Assembly (NCBI GenBank): GCA_963924565.1
Contig: OZ004609.1
Location: 5,828,001 to 5,892,000, forward strand
Source: Ascidiella aspersa
Lineage: Eukaryota
Length of the DNA stretch: 64,000 bases
Direction of reading: 5' to 3'
The position numbers were made by a program, and so were the translations under genes. Shown here in pieces: positions 62,201 to 64,000 of the stretch (position 1 is its first letter; every line of letters begins with the position of its first letter). Under the pieces are notes generated by a model. It was given only the letters and a program-made list of their open reading frames with translations, was not told the DNA's origin and searched no databases.

Positions 62201-63985
62201 CCTCCGCTGGATGTTGCTAGGGGCGTCAAAATGGTTGCTAGGGAAGCGAGGAGAATGCAGATCCCCCAGACCCTTACCCTGCTATATCGACGACCCAACC
62301 ACGCTCCTGGTGTCTAGTGATAAAAATATGATCAAGATGGACAATACAACGCCATTGAACATTCGTTATTTTGTTTGTGTTAAAAAAACACATAGGGGGG
62401 CGGTCATAGTTTCATAAATAACAAACATAGCACACATTTACATCACATTTATAGTGGATAGACTAACGAAAGTAAAGCACGCAGTTCGAAATTTATTTGC
62501 GTAATATCTCCGGATGTAAACCAGATAGCGATCAGAATTTTTTACACATCAATCAAAGCAATCTAAATTAGCCAGCATCAGGCTTTTATTGAAAGAGTAA
62601 GATTTTTATATTTATGAATATTATTTTTGCAGTTTAATCGTGCCAAAAGTGACTAACCTATGGTGCCTACGTGTCTTCTTTTGAAAAAGAGCATGGCCGC
62701 TAGTTATTCGGGGATAGGACATTAATATTCGTTTATTTTTTTTTTTTTTTAAATTAATAAACGTCCAAAATTCATTGCTTAAGTAATGTGTAAAAAATGA
62801 TAATATTTGAAATGTGGCGTTCGCCAGAATATTATTAATATAAAGTATAGTGAAGTGCTATGAGCTTACATAAAAGCATACCAAATATAAAACATTGATA
62901 TAAAAAATAAACTACAAATTTGTGGTGACACAAAGTGATGCGGTAAACACAGAAGTAAAAACAAAGTAAAAAAATAGGTTTTCTGAAGTTCGGAAGAATA
63001 CATATATCACAACAAGTGAATATTAACTCGGTATATAGTTGCACATAGGAACAATAAGTTGACAGTCTGAGACTTTTAGCGGAGAACTATACATGAAAAG
63101 ATTGGAATCTTACTTGCGTCACAGCGTATCCGTAAAAATAAGCGGCCAAAATTCGTCCCTGGTCACTTTCGTCCCAGATGAATTCACCACCACTTGTTAT
63201 AACTGATGATGTGGTTGAATTGGCTGAAAACAAAGCACATAGTTAAAGCGACAAAACAAACAAACTAAGAATGTAAATTAGAAGTAACGATCTCAAACAA
63301 CTGCTGTAGTAGCGTTTCAAACTGAACTTTGTATAGCCTCAAAATATACGTTAATATTACAAGACCACCTACAACATCCTAATTTGGAAAATTGACAATT
63401 TTAATTTCCAAATTTGCGTATGCATTAACATAGAGAAGCGTGTTGATTAGTTATTACAATAGTTTTTTTTCCAATTTTATAAAAAAATTGAAAAGCACAA
63501 ATCAGAAATTTTTTTAATTTCGTTTCAACAATTTAAAGTCTTGATTTGAAACCTGACTAAATCTAATATTTGCAAATGTCGTATCTACAATGTCCAGTAT
63601 TGTAATGCCAACATAAAGGTTGATTTGATTTACGCTTACTGTTTGATGTTAGTGCTGGTATTTAACTTGAAAAGTGACTTCGAACTTTACTTATTGTAAA
63701 ACAAAAACTTGTCTAGCAAGTAATTTCAAAATGACAAGTCGTAGATAACGATTTAGTAAACTCACAAGTTGCCTTAAGGTGTGGGCAGGTATCTGCTACC
63801 GGTGTGCCGCTTTGATTTCCCGCCTGCTTTAAGTTGAGGTCTTGAACCGCCGTGTAGTTTACCATAGCCACGATAGCTGGACTAAGACACACTCTCAGCG
63901 AGTAGACTGTGAACATTCCCATGAAGCCCATCATGGCCAACGAGTAGCGGGCGGAAATGCAGTTTGGCCAACTCTGGAACAACAT
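56229..63985 (-). CDS. SLC17 family (sialin/NPT-like) MFS organic anion transporter, 11 exons in the window, about 499 aa (an additional upstream exon may lie outside the window)
   Basis: Exons 63985-63766, 63223-63114, 62313-62155, 61390-61303, 60789-60703, 59951-59824, 59337-59173, 58688-58559, 58089-58003, 57086-56932, 56399-56229 total 1500 nt. Motifs: CISARY...LRVCLS, WD...ILAAYFYGY..TQTPG, WAPPNERS, DTPAEHPRIS..EREYI, VPWKKM, DIAPQF, LQSWA. Confidence 0.9.
60033..60255 (-). mobile_element. tRNA-like repeat family copy (core 60109-60182)
   Basis: Core GCCTGTATAGCTCAGTT...GGTCGTGAGTTCGAACCTTACTGCAGGC, with the same flanks as the 19-kb copies. Further copies at about 52014-52086 and 57516-57880. 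Confidence 0.75.
60328..60691. mobile_element. hAT-type MITE (364 bp)
   Basis: TIRs CAGGGTTTCCCAAACT / AGTTTGGGAAACCCTG; 8-bp TSD CCTTAACC. Confidence 0.92.
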
Positions 63986-64000
63986 TCAACATCTGTAGTA

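Overview
This is AT-rich, intron-containing eukaryotic DNA; the gene set and repeats suggest an invertebrate chordate, probably an ascidian (inference only). I assembled the exon chains by hand. The window holds two intact tandem 13-exon SLC23/NAT (NCS2) transporter genes on + (1191-13582; 14616-24211) and a third, inverted, decayed copy (49944-55067). It also holds a 3-exon intelectin (-), an internally deleted Gypsy LTR element with intact LTRs and target-site duplication (TSD), an intronless AANAT-like GNAT acetyltransferase, and an 11-exon SLC17 anion transporter (-). The most unusual locus is an intronless 1048-aa gene at 45611-48757. It fuses a bacterial GlnD/GlnE/DUF294-type nucleotidyltransferase (NTase) to a TPR array and a candidate C-terminal membrane anchor; a 5'-truncated pseudocopy upstream is split by a 4.8-kb CR1-group LINE. 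Other highlights: in the NAT-motif exon the two SLC23 paralogs differ by a single amino acid, the Q/E specificity residue; Penelope-type minimal hammerhead ribozyme motifs sit in two foldback elements; a tRNA-like repeat family includes an inverted dimer; and a hAT MITE lies inside a tRNA-Gln relic. No CRISPR array or rRNA was found.
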